This document shows positions 1-9,316 of a DNA stretch of 64,000 nucleotides, piece by piece (position 1 is the first letter of the stretch; each line of letters starts with the position of its first letter). The position numbers and the translations under genes were made by a program. The DNA is from Candidatus Latescibacterota bacterium (lineage in GTDB: Bacteria > Latescibacterota > UBA2968 > GCA-2709665), in NCBI GenBank assembly GCA_965226795.1, contig CBDDDZ010000005.1, positions 3,040,001 to 3,104,000 on the forward strand. Reading direction: 5' to 3'. Below the pieces are notes generated by a model. It made no database searches, was not told the DNA's origin, and worked only from the letters and a program-made list of their open reading frames with translations.

Positions 1-1435
1 GCTCACGGATCGTCGACATCAAAGTTACGTACATCATCAGATGATGGATCTGGTCAAACAACGTGTGTTTCAGATGGCCTGTGGATATGAGGACGCGAAC
101 GATTGCAATACGTTGCGCGAGGATCCCGGCTTCAAGGCGGCCTGTGATCGGTTGCCGCTTTCCGGTGCGGATCTGGCCAGTCAACCCACGATGAGTCGGT
201 TCGAGAACCGGATCAGCAGAACCGATTTGTATCGGATCGCCAAGGCCTTTGCGGATGTGTTTGTCGCCTCGTATGAGGAACCGCCCGAAGCCATTCTGTT
301 GGATATCGATGACACGGAAGACAAGGTGTATGGGTCTCAACAGTTGTCGTTGTTCAATGCGTATTTCAATGGCTATTGCTACCAGCCCCTGCATATCTAT
401 GAAGGCCAGACGGGCAAGTTGATCACGACGGTCTTGCGTCCTGGCAGGCGGCCCACGGGTAAAGAGATCGTCACCATTCTCAAACGGGTGATCGCCTACC
501 TGCGCCGCGCCTGGCCCGACGTGGCGATCCTGTTGCGCGGCGATGCTCATTTTTCGTGTCCGGAAGTGCACGCGTTGTGTGAAGACCAGAATGTGTATTT
601 TGTCCTCGGACAAAACGGCAACGCCAAACTGCTGCGCTCGGCACAGTCCTTGATAGACCAGGCCAAAACGCTGTATGCCGCTTCGGGAAAACCCGTGCGC
701 CTTTATCGCTGTTGGGACTATCAGGCGAAAACCTGGGCTTGTCCACAACGCATCATCTGCAAGGCGGAAGTCACCCCGCAAGGAGACAATATCCGATTCG
801 TGGTCACCAACCTAAAGCGCGCCCAACCGTCATTCATCTACAAAACCGCCTATTGCGCACGCGGCAGGATGGAAAACTTCATCAAGAATCACAAGACCTT
901 TCTCCATTCCGATCGCACCTCTTGTCACATCTTCCAGGCCAATCACTTCCGTCTCTTTCTCCACAGCGCCGCCTATGTCCTGATGCACGCCTTGGCACAA
1001 ACCGGGTTGCGCGGCACGAAGTGGACGAACGCACAGTTCAATACCCTGCAAAACCGTCTCTTGAAAGTCGCCGGGCGCGTTTGTGAGTTGAAAACAAAAA
1101 TCAGGTTCCATCTGCCAACGGCGTTTCCACTCAAACACCTTTATCGCAAGATCCTCTACAACCTGGCAACGTGTGTTCCATAACGCATCGTCGAGCTGAC
1201 CGCGCCTTCACGTTTGGACCGACACGACCAACAGCCACGGAGACGTCTGTGCTCTTGACAGCGGAATTCAGAGCAAGCTGACGCCACGGAGCAAACGTGC
1301 TGCCAGCAGGCGCCGCCGACACGGCCGGGACACGCCAAATCCGTCTCAGCCCGTGCTCTTTCGTTTCTCGTCTCACTCGGAAGCTCTTTCTGCTTCCTCA
1401 TACTGCATTCCGTGACGATTCATGAATAGGTCAGG
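1..1435 (+). mobile_element. IS1380-family insertion sequence (left end outside window); right end ...ATGAATAGGTCAGG followed by CTAG target (1436-1439)
   Basis: Transposase ORF, followed by a terminus that reads CCTGACCTATTCAT on the minus strand, resembling IS1380 CC-starting inverted repeats. cas2 homology stops exactly at this junction. Confidence 0.8.
2..1183 (+). CDS. IS1380-family DDE transposase, 5'-partial
   Basis: Frame is open from the window start. Motifs GYEDANDC, ASQPTMSRFEN, LDIDDTED, LRGDAHF, YCARGRMENFIK, DRTSCH..AN.FRL. Confidence 0.92.
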   Translation, partial: LTDRRHQSYVHHQMMDLVKQRVFQMACGYEDANDCNTLREDPGFKAACDRLPLSGADLASQPTMSRFENRISRTDLYRIAKAFADVFVASYEEPPEAILLDIDDTEDKVYGSQQLSLFNAYFNGYCYQPLHIYEGQTGKLITTVLRPGRRPTGKEIVTILKRVIAYLRRAWPDVAILLRGDAHFSCPEVHALCEDQNVYFVLGQNGNAKLLRSAQSLIDQAKTLYAASGKPVRLYRCWDYQAKTWACPQRIICKAEVTPQGDNIRFVVTNLKRAQPSFIYKTAYCARGRMENFIKNHKTFLHSDRTSCHIFQANHFRLFLHSAAYVLMHALAQTGLRGTKWTNAQFNTLQNRLLKVAGRVCELKTKIRFHLPTAFPLKHLYRKILYNLATCVP

Positions 1436-1646
1436 CTAGATGATAGATTCGTAGCGAGTCGTGTTCAAAATCGATTTCCCTCAACAGACGATTCCGGAGC
1501 ACCGCCCATTCCGTTTTTCCAACCTGGCATTCAAACAGCGATTTTTGTACTCGAACTCCATAATCCTTGCAGGCCCTCGCCACGCGGCGGAGTCGTTTTT
1601 GTCCGGCCCGGTCAATCGTCGAGACGTCGTACGCGATCAGTTTCAA
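1431..1646 (-). pseudogene. cas2: Cas2, C-terminally truncated by the IS insertion; start TTG at 1646 (ORF track start 1667)
   Basis: LIAYDVST...RLRRVARACKDYGVRVQKSLFEC...DSLRIY. The last codons and stop (CAT CTA GCC TGA) run into the IS end, and the usual type I-C Cas2 tail is missing. Confidence 0.88.
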
Positions 1647-1676
1647 TCCGCTCTCCTCAAACAGCAAAAAGTGGAC
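1640..1676 (-). CRISPR. Solitary degenerate type I-C-like CRISPR repeat (37 nt, GTCCACTTTTTGCTGTTTGAGGAGAGCGGATTGAAAC); not an array
   Basis: GT start and GGATTGAAAC end, with a 5+8+5+8+11 layout of leader, stem, loop, stem and handle. The left stem arm pairs partly through G-U. No second copy was seen in the window. Confidence 0.5.
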
Positions 1677-1684
1677 ACACTGTA

Positions 1685-2746
1685 TTACTTTGGTATGTAC
1701 GGAATATAGTCGGGAATATCGCCGCGAAGATACCGCGCGAGCAACCGGGCTTGAATGCTGAACACCTGTCCCAGACGGACATTTTCCTTGAAAAGGACGT
1801 GCTTTATCTCCGTCTGCTTGCGCCGCTGCCAGGCCTGAATCACTTCCCTCCTGCCACGGTCGGTAAATTCCACGGCGCCGCCGTCTCGCTCGCGAAAGTG
1901 CCCTGGCTCAATCTGTCGCCGATTGATCAGAGTCAACGCCAGGCGCTCCGCCAAACAGGGCCGGAATTCTTCCATCAGATCCAATGCGCACGCCGGTCTT
2001 CCAGCCCGCGTGGCGTGGAGCCATCCGACGAATGGATCCAATCCGGCGGTCGTTAACGCCGCCAAACAGTCGTGGCGTACCAGTGCGTAAATGAACGACA
2101 GCAGACAGTTCACGCGGTCACGAGGAGGACGGCGCGAGCGATTTATGAACCTGAAGTCGTCCCGCTGTTGTTTGAGCATATACTGGAAGGCCGAGAAATA
2201 GACCCTGGCACCGAGACCCTCCATTCCCCTGATGGGGTCAATCGCTTCCCGAAGCCCACATTCTCGGGGCACAGGTTCGGCATTTCCGAGTTGCTGGATC
2301 AGGCGGGCCAATTTACTGGCCGCTCCCGCCAATTCCGCGCGATCCGAATCCGTATCAGCCTCCCGGCCGGACCGCTGCAAATTGGTGCGAGAGTTCTGCA
2401 ATTTCCCAGCAACGAACTGACGGGCAATCCGGGATGCTTCCTCCGGATTGTCCGCCGCCGCGTACTGTGCTCGACGCAACAGATAGCGGGTGTCCCCGCT
2501 GCCCAGAACCTGCGCCAACAGGTACCCATTCTCCGTATGGAAATGAATCGCCACCTGGTGTCGCCAGCATAAGGCCATTGCGGGAGGCGTAACTACGACC
2601 CTTCCGAATGCGCAGATGCTCTCCAGGTGGTGAATAGGCACAGTCAATCGGGTTTGTTTTTCGATCTCGACCCGAAGCGTCAGATGATCCCTGTGTACTA
2701 CGGTGCCAGAGGTCGTCAGATAAAGGGTGTTCTGAATAATGGCCAT
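1685..2746 (-). CDS. cas1: CRISPR-associated endonuclease Cas1 (type I-C-like)
   Basis: NTLYLTT, IRGMEGLGARVYF, RSRRPPRDRVNCLLSFIY, GLDPFVGWLH, LDLMEEFRP, QARLLARYLRGD..Y.P. Confidence 0.96.
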   Translation of the reverse strand: MAIIQNTLYLTTSGTVVHRDHLTLRVEIEKQTRLTVPIHHLESICAFGRVVVTPPAMALCWRHQVAIHFHTENGYLLAQVLGSGDTRYLLRRAQYAAADNPEEASRIARQFVAGKLQNSRTNLQRSGREADTDSDRAELAGAASKLARLIQQLGNAEPVPRECGLREAIDPIRGMEGLGARVYFSAFQYMLKQQRDDFRFINRSRRPPRDRVNCLLSFIYALVRHDCLAALTTAGLDPFVGWLHATRAGRPACALDLMEEFRPCLAERLALTLINRRQIEPGHFRERDGGAVEFTDRGRREVIQAWQRRKQTEIKHVLFKENVRLGQVFSIQARLLARYLRGDIPDYIPYIPK

Positions 2747-2788
2747 GATTTGCGACTGAGCCCCTCGGCCCGCAACAGCCGGGCGAAT

Positions 2789-3427
2789 TTAGCCGGTAGT
2801 GTCGAACACCTCCCGAGCCGCCTGCGCGAGAATGGGCGGAGCGCTGGTAATTTCAGGTAGGCAATAGTCAAACAGCGAGCACTCTGTACATTGAGGTTTA
2901 TAGACGGCCCGTGGGACTTCGTTTTCCTCGATCAGCCGGTGCACGGCCTGAATTGCCTCTACCGTGAGCCGACGCAGGTCCCCTGTGAATTCGACCTCCC
3001 GCCGTCGCTTGCTCCGGGCGTGGAAGATAGCCCCTCGTGGGACCTCGAGCCCAAACATCTCTTCCAAGCACAAAGCTTGCGCGCACAGCTGCGCGTCGTC
3101 GTTATCAAATTTGCGGCGTTTGCCCTTTTTATATTCAACTGGAACCAACGAATCATCGGGATGCCGCTCGACATTATCGCACCTGCCGTTGAGCCCGAGA
3201 CGATCCGACCAGACGGGCAAGGCGCGCAATAGAGTCACGCCCTTGACGGTCTCGTAGCCAGAATCGTCGGTCTGTTCGTGCACTCTATCACCGACCACAG
3301 TGTGCTCATTGGTCCCGCGCCACCCATCAACTGCCTTCAGTGCGGCCCGGCGCTGGCAATAGAGGAAGTCGTTGATAAGTGAGAGAGGGATAGGATCAGG
3401 TGTATTCATAGGTTGGTGTCTATTCAT
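2789..3427 (-). CDS. cas4: CRISPR-associated exonuclease Cas4
   Basis: Fe-S cysteines (YCQRR; CTECSLFDYCLP), RecB motif G.CD...PVEYKKG and QLCAQALCLEEM. ATGA overlap with the cas3 stop (alternative start 3409). Confidence 0.95.
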   Translation of the reverse strand: MNRHQPMNTPDPIPLSLINDFLYCQRRAALKAVDGWRGTNEHTVVGDRVHEQTDDSGYETVKGVTLLRALPVWSDRLGLNGRCDNVERHPDDSLVPVEYKKGKRRKFDNDDAQLCAQALCLEEMFGLEVPRGAIFHARSKRRREVEFTGDLRRLTVEAIQAVHRLIEENEVPRAVYKPQCTECSLFDYCLPEITSAPPILAQAAREVFDTTG

Positions 3428-5658
3428 ACTATGTACCCCGTTTCGCCGCCATCTACAAGCGGGAGCACTCCCGCCATAAATCCTAAGAAAGGATCGTACC
3501 CAAGTTCCCACGCGAATAGTCCAGGCATGTGGTCGAACTCGCGCAGTGCCCATTCGCTGGCCCTTGATCCATAGACCTGTACGCTTCCATTCTGAAGCTC
3601 TTGGCTTGGAAGCCGTTGGCCTGATTCGATCATTTCTCTGAGGGATTCATCAACCACGGCTGTCAGTGTTGGCGAGTTAATGACGCGGAACAATTCGGCA
3701 ACTTTCGGAAAATTCAGTGCGCATTCGGCCTTGAGTAGTTCATCTTTCTTCAGCCGCGAACGACGAATCTCACGTCGCAGTGCCTCGGTGCAGGAGCTCA
3801 CACTGACTCGCCTTTCATTGAACAGTTCTCCCAATACGATCGATGAATGCTCGAATGTTGGATGAGGCCGAAGCCACGAGTCATAGACCAGTTGAACGTC
3901 CCAAACGTCGGCAGACTCGTACTCGCTTCCACGGTTTACCCGGCCAGCGATTTGCAAGAGGCTATTCAAGCAAGCGCGTTCGCGGATACCCGTCCGAAAC
4001 GAAAAATCAACGCCAGCCTCAACGCAGGAAGTTGCCACGAGCGTCCAATCCTGATCGTCATTGTTTCTGAGGCGCTTAATGACTCGATTCAGAGTGCTCG
4101 CACGGTCAGTCGGAGTGAGTGCAGTTGATAGGTGTTCAACTTGAGGATGACTCGATTGCCAGTTGTCTCGGCTCTCCCAGTCGGCAAGCTGTCGTGCAAT
4201 GACGGCTGCCGATTGCACAGTATTCACAATGAGTAGCCGCGGACCCGGGAGTTGAAGGAGCCATGGCTCCAGCGTCGTCAGACTCATGGGCTTCGAATGA
4301 GATTGATAGGTGACACGCGTTGCCTCAAGGTCCAAGCTTTCGTCCCGGACGTGCACGTTCACCAGATCAGGTACAGTCGGGGGCAAATCGACGAATTCCG
4401 GAAGCTCCCAGAAACGGCTCAGCGACCCCGATCCGACAACGAAATGGCAGCCCCAATCAGTCTTCAATTCTTGCATCCACTTCCATGCGATCGGCCACAA
4501 ATGTGCTGGTAGAGCGGCATGAGCCTCGTCGATGAAGATTGCGGAGCCAGCTACTTGATGGAGCTTTCGTAGCGCTCCAGTGCGACAGGCAGCGAGAGTT
4601 TCAAAGAACTGAACGGCAGTCGTAACAACAATGGGATTGTTCCACAAGTAGGTCAGATGTCGAGCCGCGAGGCTGCCAAATTCCGCCCGGTGATGGTGGG
4701 CTGCGACAATGCGGTCAGGAGACTCGTCCATCCTAACGAGGGACTTTCGATAGACCCGCACCGATTGGTCAATGATATTGGTGTACGGCAGGACGACAAA
4801 GACTCGCCGTAGTTTCCGCGTAGTCGCTACCTTCAGCAGGTGCGCCATGATTGCCGTTGTCTTCCCGGACCCAACGGGAGAATCGCAGGCCAACACTGAT
4901 TCACTTGACGGATCAGCGTTGCGGCAAGCGCGATAAACGTCCTGTCTCAGCTGCGTCCGCTCGTCTTCTTTGTCCCCGGCCAACCCAGCGACGTATCGAT
5001 CCAGAAGTTCGAGCCGTGCGGCCGGATCAAGTTTCGGACTCGTAACGGAAAAGGCTTGACCATAATTACGTGCCGTATCAAAATGATCAGCGTCAACAAG
5101 ACAAGACAGCGCCAAACGGAGCAATATCGACATATCGCTCCGGCGTTGCGTGTTTGAGTACGTCGATTGTCCTATGCTCTCGATGGTTGAGAGGTGTAAA
5201 CGTAGATATCCTTCTAGGTGTCCATCCGTGTGGTCTTTCGTTATGCGCCCAGATTCATCAGACTCCAGATCACGGAAGGGTAATCCGGCATCTCGCGTTC
5301 GGTGTTCGGTGATATCCGGTAGACCACGGTGGTGCGAGAAGACGAGAATTGCAGCCAGTTGTGCAGCCAGCTGAGGAGGGGTCTTTAGCAGATGTGCGAC
5401 CCCCGAATCAACATGATTCACCGGCAGACGACCACTGCCACCGACTGAAAGGATAGCTTGATTCTCCGGTTCAAGTTTCCCGATGTCGTGAAACTCGGCT
5501 GCCAACCGAACGGCCAGCTTGAGCAATCGACGATCGGTCGCGTCGGCAGTCAGCCCACCAGCATGCCGAACTGCTGACGCAATGACGTTCTCAATGTGTT
5601 CGGCATACGGCTGAGCGGGAATCTCATTCTCTGGTTGCGGACTGTGCGCAAGCAACAT
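3424..5658 (-). CDS. cas3: Cas3 HD nuclease-helicase
   Basis: LAHS..., FHDIGK, NHVDSG, SHHRGL, LVDADHFDT (HD domain); SPVGSGKT (Walker A), DEAH, ATSCVEAGVDFSF, QIAGRVNR. TAATG overlap with cas7. Confidence 0.95.
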   Translation of the reverse strand: MLLAHSPQPENEIPAQPYAEHIENVIASAVRHAGGLTADATDRRLLKLAVRLAAEFHDIGKLEPENQAILSVGGSGRLPVNHVDSGVAHLLKTPPQLAAQLAAILVFSHHRGLPDITEHRTRDAGLPFRDLESDESGRITKDHTDGHLEGYLRLHLSTIESIGQSTYSNTQRRSDMSILLRLALSCLVDADHFDTARNYGQAFSVTSPKLDPAARLELLDRYVAGLAGDKEDERTQLRQDVYRACRNADPSSESVLACDSPVGSGKTTAIMAHLLKVATTRKLRRVFVVLPYTNIIDQSVRVYRKSLVRMDESPDRIVAAHHHRAEFGSLAARHLTYLWNNPIVVTTAVQFFETLAACRTGALRKLHQVAGSAIFIDEAHAALPAHLWPIAWKWMQELKTDWGCHFVVGSGSLSRFWELPEFVDLPPTVPDLVNVHVRDESLDLEATRVTYQSHSKPMSLTTLEPWLLQLPGPRLLIVNTVQSAAVIARQLADWESRDNWQSSHPQVEHLSTALTPTDRASTLNRVIKRLRNNDDQDWTLVATSCVEAGVDFSFRTGIRERACLNSLLQIAGRVNRGSEYESADVWDVQLVYDSWLRPHPTFEHSSIVLGELFNERRVSVSSCTEALRREIRRSRLKKDELLKAECALNFPKVAELFRVINSPTLTAVVDESLREMIESGQRLPSQELQNGSVQVYGSRASEWALREFDHMPGLFAWELGYDPFLGFMAGVLPLVDGGETGYIV

Positions 5659-6515
5659 TATTCCACCATCAAATCCCGAACTTCCGTGACACGAGCGGCC
5701 AATGTGTCCGGTAACTGCGTTGGCGCGGTGTAATCGGACCAAGCGTCTGAGGGTGAATCGTGATCGCCATTCTTGTTTGGTGTCAATGCCTCGATAATCG
5801 CGAAATCGGAGCACGATCCTAGCACTGATTTATGTTCAACCACCCAAGCGTGCCGTAGATCGACAAGCGGTCGGGCATGAGACCGAGTATGTGCGTAGGC
5901 GTGTGGGATGACTTTAAACAACAAGCTGATATCTTGCTGCGTGCAACCCGATTTGTGGGCCATGGAGGGATTCACAAAGAACGGCATACAATAGACGCCA
6001 TGTGGCACAAAACGATACCCCATCGGTGCCATGCCGCGGTCTTTGCCTTCTTGCACCCCGGCCTTGTTTGTGTTGGTGTGGCGACTGATTTCGATCGGGG
6101 CCACACTCAGTCCAAGGCCGAATTGTACGACACCCGTCTTGATTGTGTCAGCAGCTCCTTCCTCCAAGAAAGTATTGCCGAACACTCGACCATCCCAGTA
6201 TTTGTCTTGGAATGACCCGTTTTTCAATTCTTCTTCAATCTGCTTACGGTTCCGTCCACGAGACTCAAGGATCATGAATTTTTTGTCGCTCAGGCTCATT
6301 TCCGTCTGCATCACTTGCCAAACAGGCCCATCCTTTGCATCGATCAAATCGCGCACTTTGCGTTTGAACGAAACGGGAGAAATCTCCCCGTGACCATCAG
6401 GACGCTGCCGAGGATCGCTTTCGCGGTCTGGGTCCCCATTGGGATTGGAATTGACGACTTCAATTATCAGAAGTCCCGTAAATCGTTTCACGCCGTTGGC
6501 AGTAGTATCTGTCAT
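5658..6515 (-). CDS. cas7: Cas7 (Csd2/Csh2-like) backbone subunit
   Basis: NSNPNGDPD...PR, ISPVSFKRKVRD, YWDGRVFG, TGVVQFG. ATGA overlap with cas8. Confidence 0.93.
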   Translation of the reverse strand: MTDTTANGVKRFTGLLIIEVVNSNPNGDPDRESDPRQRPDGHGEISPVSFKRKVRDLIDAKDGPVWQVMQTEMSLSDKKFMILESRGRNRKQIEEELKNGSFQDKYWDGRVFGNTFLEEGAADTIKTGVVQFGLGLSVAPIEISRHTNTNKAGVQEGKDRGMAPMGYRFVPHGVYCMPFFVNPSMAHKSGCTQQDISLLFKVIPHAYAHTRSHARPLVDLRHAWVVEHKSVLGSCSDFAIIEALTPNKNGDHDSPSDAWSDYTAPTQLPDTLAARVTEVRDLMVE

Positions 6516-6922
6516 TTTTGCTCTCCTTCGTTTAAGGTATTCGACGAAACGTCGTTGGAAGTTTCCTTTTCGGGACGGGCGAGATACCCAAGTAGCATTG
6601 CAACCTTGTCGGTATCCGAACACCGCCTCGGCATCTCCCTTTCAGAAAGTGACGCGCATACGCGACCTATCTCGCCGAGGAAGTACTTGGCAAGACGTAC
6701 TTCCCCGCCACCCTGGACCGTTTGCGCCCAAGCGTGGTAGGGCTTGATGCGCTGCCACAACAGGGCAAGGGCCTTTTCAGGTGTTTCCATCGCACTTTTC
6801 ATTAGGGCGTTGCCAACTAGCTGCGGTGGCACTTGGCCCTTTCGCACCTCATGGCAATACTGTACATGTAGCTGATCGGCCAAACTCAGCAGTCGGCCAA
6901 TCAGATAGGGTGGATTCTTCAT
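6512..6922 (-). CDS. cas11: Putative internally translated Cas11 small subunit (136 aa) within cas8c
   Basis: In-frame ATG at 6922 preceded by AAAGGA; begins MKNPPYLIGRLL. Internal Cas11 translation is established for type I-C. Confidence 0.6.
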   Translation of the reverse strand: MKNPPYLIGRLLSLADQLHVQYCHEVRKGQVPPQLVGNALMKSAMETPEKALALLWQRIKPYHAWAQTVQGGGEVRLAKYFLGEIGRVCASLSEREMPRRCSDTDKVAMLLGYLARPEKETSNDVSSNTLNEGEQK

Positions 6923-8656
6923 ATAGATTCCTTTCTTGTAGCCGAGTTTCCCAAGTAGCAATCCGAGAATCTGGGGAAGCATCAAGGCTTGTTTGCCATA
7001 GACCTTACCCATCGGGTGAACCTTCCCCAAGTGGACAGCTTGGCCGATCACCAGCAGTAGCGATAACGAATTACTGGTGATCGCCAGAATAGCCCTCATG
7101 GCCACAGTTTGCAGCACTTGACCGTCTGCCAATAGCAACGTCAAGCCGTCCGCAATCTGGAAATCGAAAGCAGTTTCGGCATGTGTGCCCATTCGCTGCC
7201 AAACCGTGTTTAGACACCAAACCACTTTAGCCGGATAGGGAGTAATAGGGCGCCGCCAAACGGGTTCGTCTCCTTTCTTTCGACCAAATTGACGAATCAT
7301 CACTGGTGGCGAGTTGCGACAAAGCTCTTGCCATTCGTCAGCACTGTCGAGCAAGTGTTGAACGGTATAACGACTACTGTGCAACACCTTGGTCCGGAAG
7401 CCGTCAGGCTTAGTCAGGACAAAGACACGCAGTTCAGCATTGCGTGATGACTCGGGTCGTCCCTTGAGAGCCTTGGTAACGCGACGCGCACATGCCTCAA
7501 AGAGTGAACCGTCAGGATCAGATAGTTCTCCTTCAACACCACAGAGCAATCCCGCCAATTCAGGTGCTTCTACAGGCAATTCGGAGGGATAGGTAATTAG
7601 CATTGCCGACGCACTACCAAGCGAAGAAACATCGCACCACGTTTTGCCGCGTCGTTCGTCTCTGGTGATCCACTCCAAAGCAGTCTTCATTTCGAGCCGT
7701 GCCGGCTGCAAGACATAGAATGACCTAGCGTCGGCCAAACCATACCTCCGCTGACATGGCGACTCGTTGGACATTGCACGTAGTTTTACATTCCCCAGCA
7801 CTGGTATCTTGATTTCCGGAAAGCTGTCATTCATGCCGCCGCCTTCCACTCCGCCAAAGGCATCGGGTGCTATCGCGTGGCCCTGATTCCCTTCCTCGAT
7901 GGTTTCCATAGCTAGCAGGCGATCATTTACCCAAGCCTGAACCTTCGGATGGTTGGCTGGATACGCGAATTGAGATTGATCAACCAATTCCAAGGTGATC
8001 GCTATGTTATTGGGTGTCTTCCCAGAATGAAAGAACAAAACATCCATCCATTCAGCGGCTTCGGATTGTTCGGATCTTATTTCGCGTATCGCGATTTCCT
8101 TCAATCGCTCATGCAAGGCAGCCCCATTCGTCTGCTGGGCACGACGTAGCAATTCCACGAAGGATCGTGATTCATCTGTGCTCTCACCCAACATCGCCGT
8201 CATATTTTGAATGACTGAGGACAGGCACTCATTTAATTTATCCATTGCATCTTTGCTACGTGCTCCTTTGTCAGGTCGAATCCAGCCCGACGTACTAACC
8301 GAAAGCAGATATGCAAGTTCCTTGTCCCGCACTGCTGTTTCTGGAGGCTTCTTCGATCCAAGCGCTTTTCTGAACTTGGCCGCACGTTCCTTTTTTTCTT
8401 CATCTGCAAATTGCAGTAAGGGAGGTACGTTGAACGATGGAAACGAGTAGCCAGCCGCTTTTTCGTATTTCCGCAATTCTGCCCGAATTTGCGGGTCGGC
8501 AATAGGAGAGACTTTAGCGACATGTCCTTGATCGTCGAGTTCGACAAAGAAAGCCTTCCCGCCTCGGGGACATTCCTTAAAATGCCGATGCCAAGAATGA
8601 AGGGCGACACCAGTCCGTTTCAGGCTCTCGGAAAGAAGAAAGACCTCATTCAGCAT
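6512..8656 (-). CDS. cas8c: Divergent Cas8c-like large subunit (714 aa)
   Basis: Lies between cas5 and cas7 with overlapping start/stop codons; MLNE.. N-terminus; C-terminal PYLIGRLLSLADQLH...MLLGYL resembling the Cas11c region. Confidence 0.75.
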   Translation of the reverse strand: MLNEVFLLSESLKRTGVALHSWHRHFKECPRGGKAFFVELDDQGHVAKVSPIADPQIRAELRKYEKAAGYSFPSFNVPPLLQFADEEKKERAAKFRKALGSKKPPETAVRDKELAYLLSVSTSGWIRPDKGARSKDAMDKLNECLSSVIQNMTAMLGESTDESRSFVELLRRAQQTNGAALHERLKEIAIREIRSEQSEAAEWMDVLFFHSGKTPNNIAITLELVDQSQFAYPANHPKVQAWVNDRLLAMETIEEGNQGHAIAPDAFGGVEGGGMNDSFPEIKIPVLGNVKLRAMSNESPCQRRYGLADARSFYVLQPARLEMKTALEWITRDERRGKTWCDVSSLGSASAMLITYPSELPVEAPELAGLLCGVEGELSDPDGSLFEACARRVTKALKGRPESSRNAELRVFVLTKPDGFRTKVLHSSRYTVQHLLDSADEWQELCRNSPPVMIRQFGRKKGDEPVWRRPITPYPAKVVWCLNTVWQRMGTHAETAFDFQIADGLTLLLADGQVLQTVAMRAILAITSNSLSLLLVIGQAVHLGKVHPMGKVYGKQALMLPQILGLLLGKLGYKKGIYMKNPPYLIGRLLSLADQLHVQYCHEVRKGQVPPQLVGNALMKSAMETPEKALALLWQRIKPYHAWAQTVQGGGEVRLAKYFLGEIGRVCASLSEREMPRRCSDTDKVAMLLGYLARPEKETSNDVSSNTLNEGEQK

Positions 8657-9293
8657 AGATTAACACTCCATTTTCGATAGCTACGTTTTGTTGAAACGTC
8701 GGCTTGTATTTACCGAACTTCGGTTCGGAGAAGACAGAGTGTAGCATACTTGGAAGGAACGTGTTGATTTTTTGACAGACTTCAGTCTCGTCACGAAATG
8801 GGCCTACGTAGCTTGGCGTAAATTCCTTCCAACCGAGGCAAGGAACGGAATGCCACTGACCGCGTGTCAACCGACGTTCGAACATATCTCGAAATGCGTG
8901 TGCTCCGTTTCCAGAAAGAGTCGGAGATCGCTTAGCACGCTCCGATAGTTGGCGCATCCCAGAATCCACGGTTTCCACGTTTGCGTACAGTCGATAGCTA
9001 ACATTGATCAACACCGTTGCCAGTAGTTGGTAGCTGCTTCCCTTCTTCATTATCTTGCTCTTACGCAAAGGTCCTCCATAGTTTGTCGAATACGTGTGAA
9101 AGACAAGTGGTGCGCATATTTCGATTTTTACGGGTTTAACGTTTGCTGACTTGAGCCAGCAAATAGATTCGAACATCCCCTTGGCCGCTGAGAACGTCGG
9201 CACTGGATAGCTAACTGGTGCATCACCAGTATCGGGACGTGTCCACATGGCTGTTGGGCCGGCAATTTCAAATTGGACTGTATAAGATTTCAT
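8646..9293 (-). CDS. cas5: Cas5 (Cas5d-like)
   Basis: FEIAGPTAMWTRPD...VSYPVPTFSAAKGMFESI, L.NVSYRLYA, PCLGWKEF. GGAG RBS precedes the ATG at 9293. Confidence 0.92.
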   Translation of the reverse strand: MKSYTVQFEIAGPTAMWTRPDTGDAPVSYPVPTFSAAKGMFESICWLKSANVKPVKIEICAPLVFHTYSTNYGGPLRKSKIMKKGSSYQLLATVLINVSYRLYANVETVDSGMRQLSERAKRSPTLSGNGAHAFRDMFERRLTRGQWHSVPCLGWKEFTPSYVGPFRDETEVCQKINTFLPSMLHSVFSEPKFGKYKPTFQQNVAIENGVLIYAE

Positions 9294-9316
9294 GCTTTTC
9301 TCCAGAGTTATTGCCA

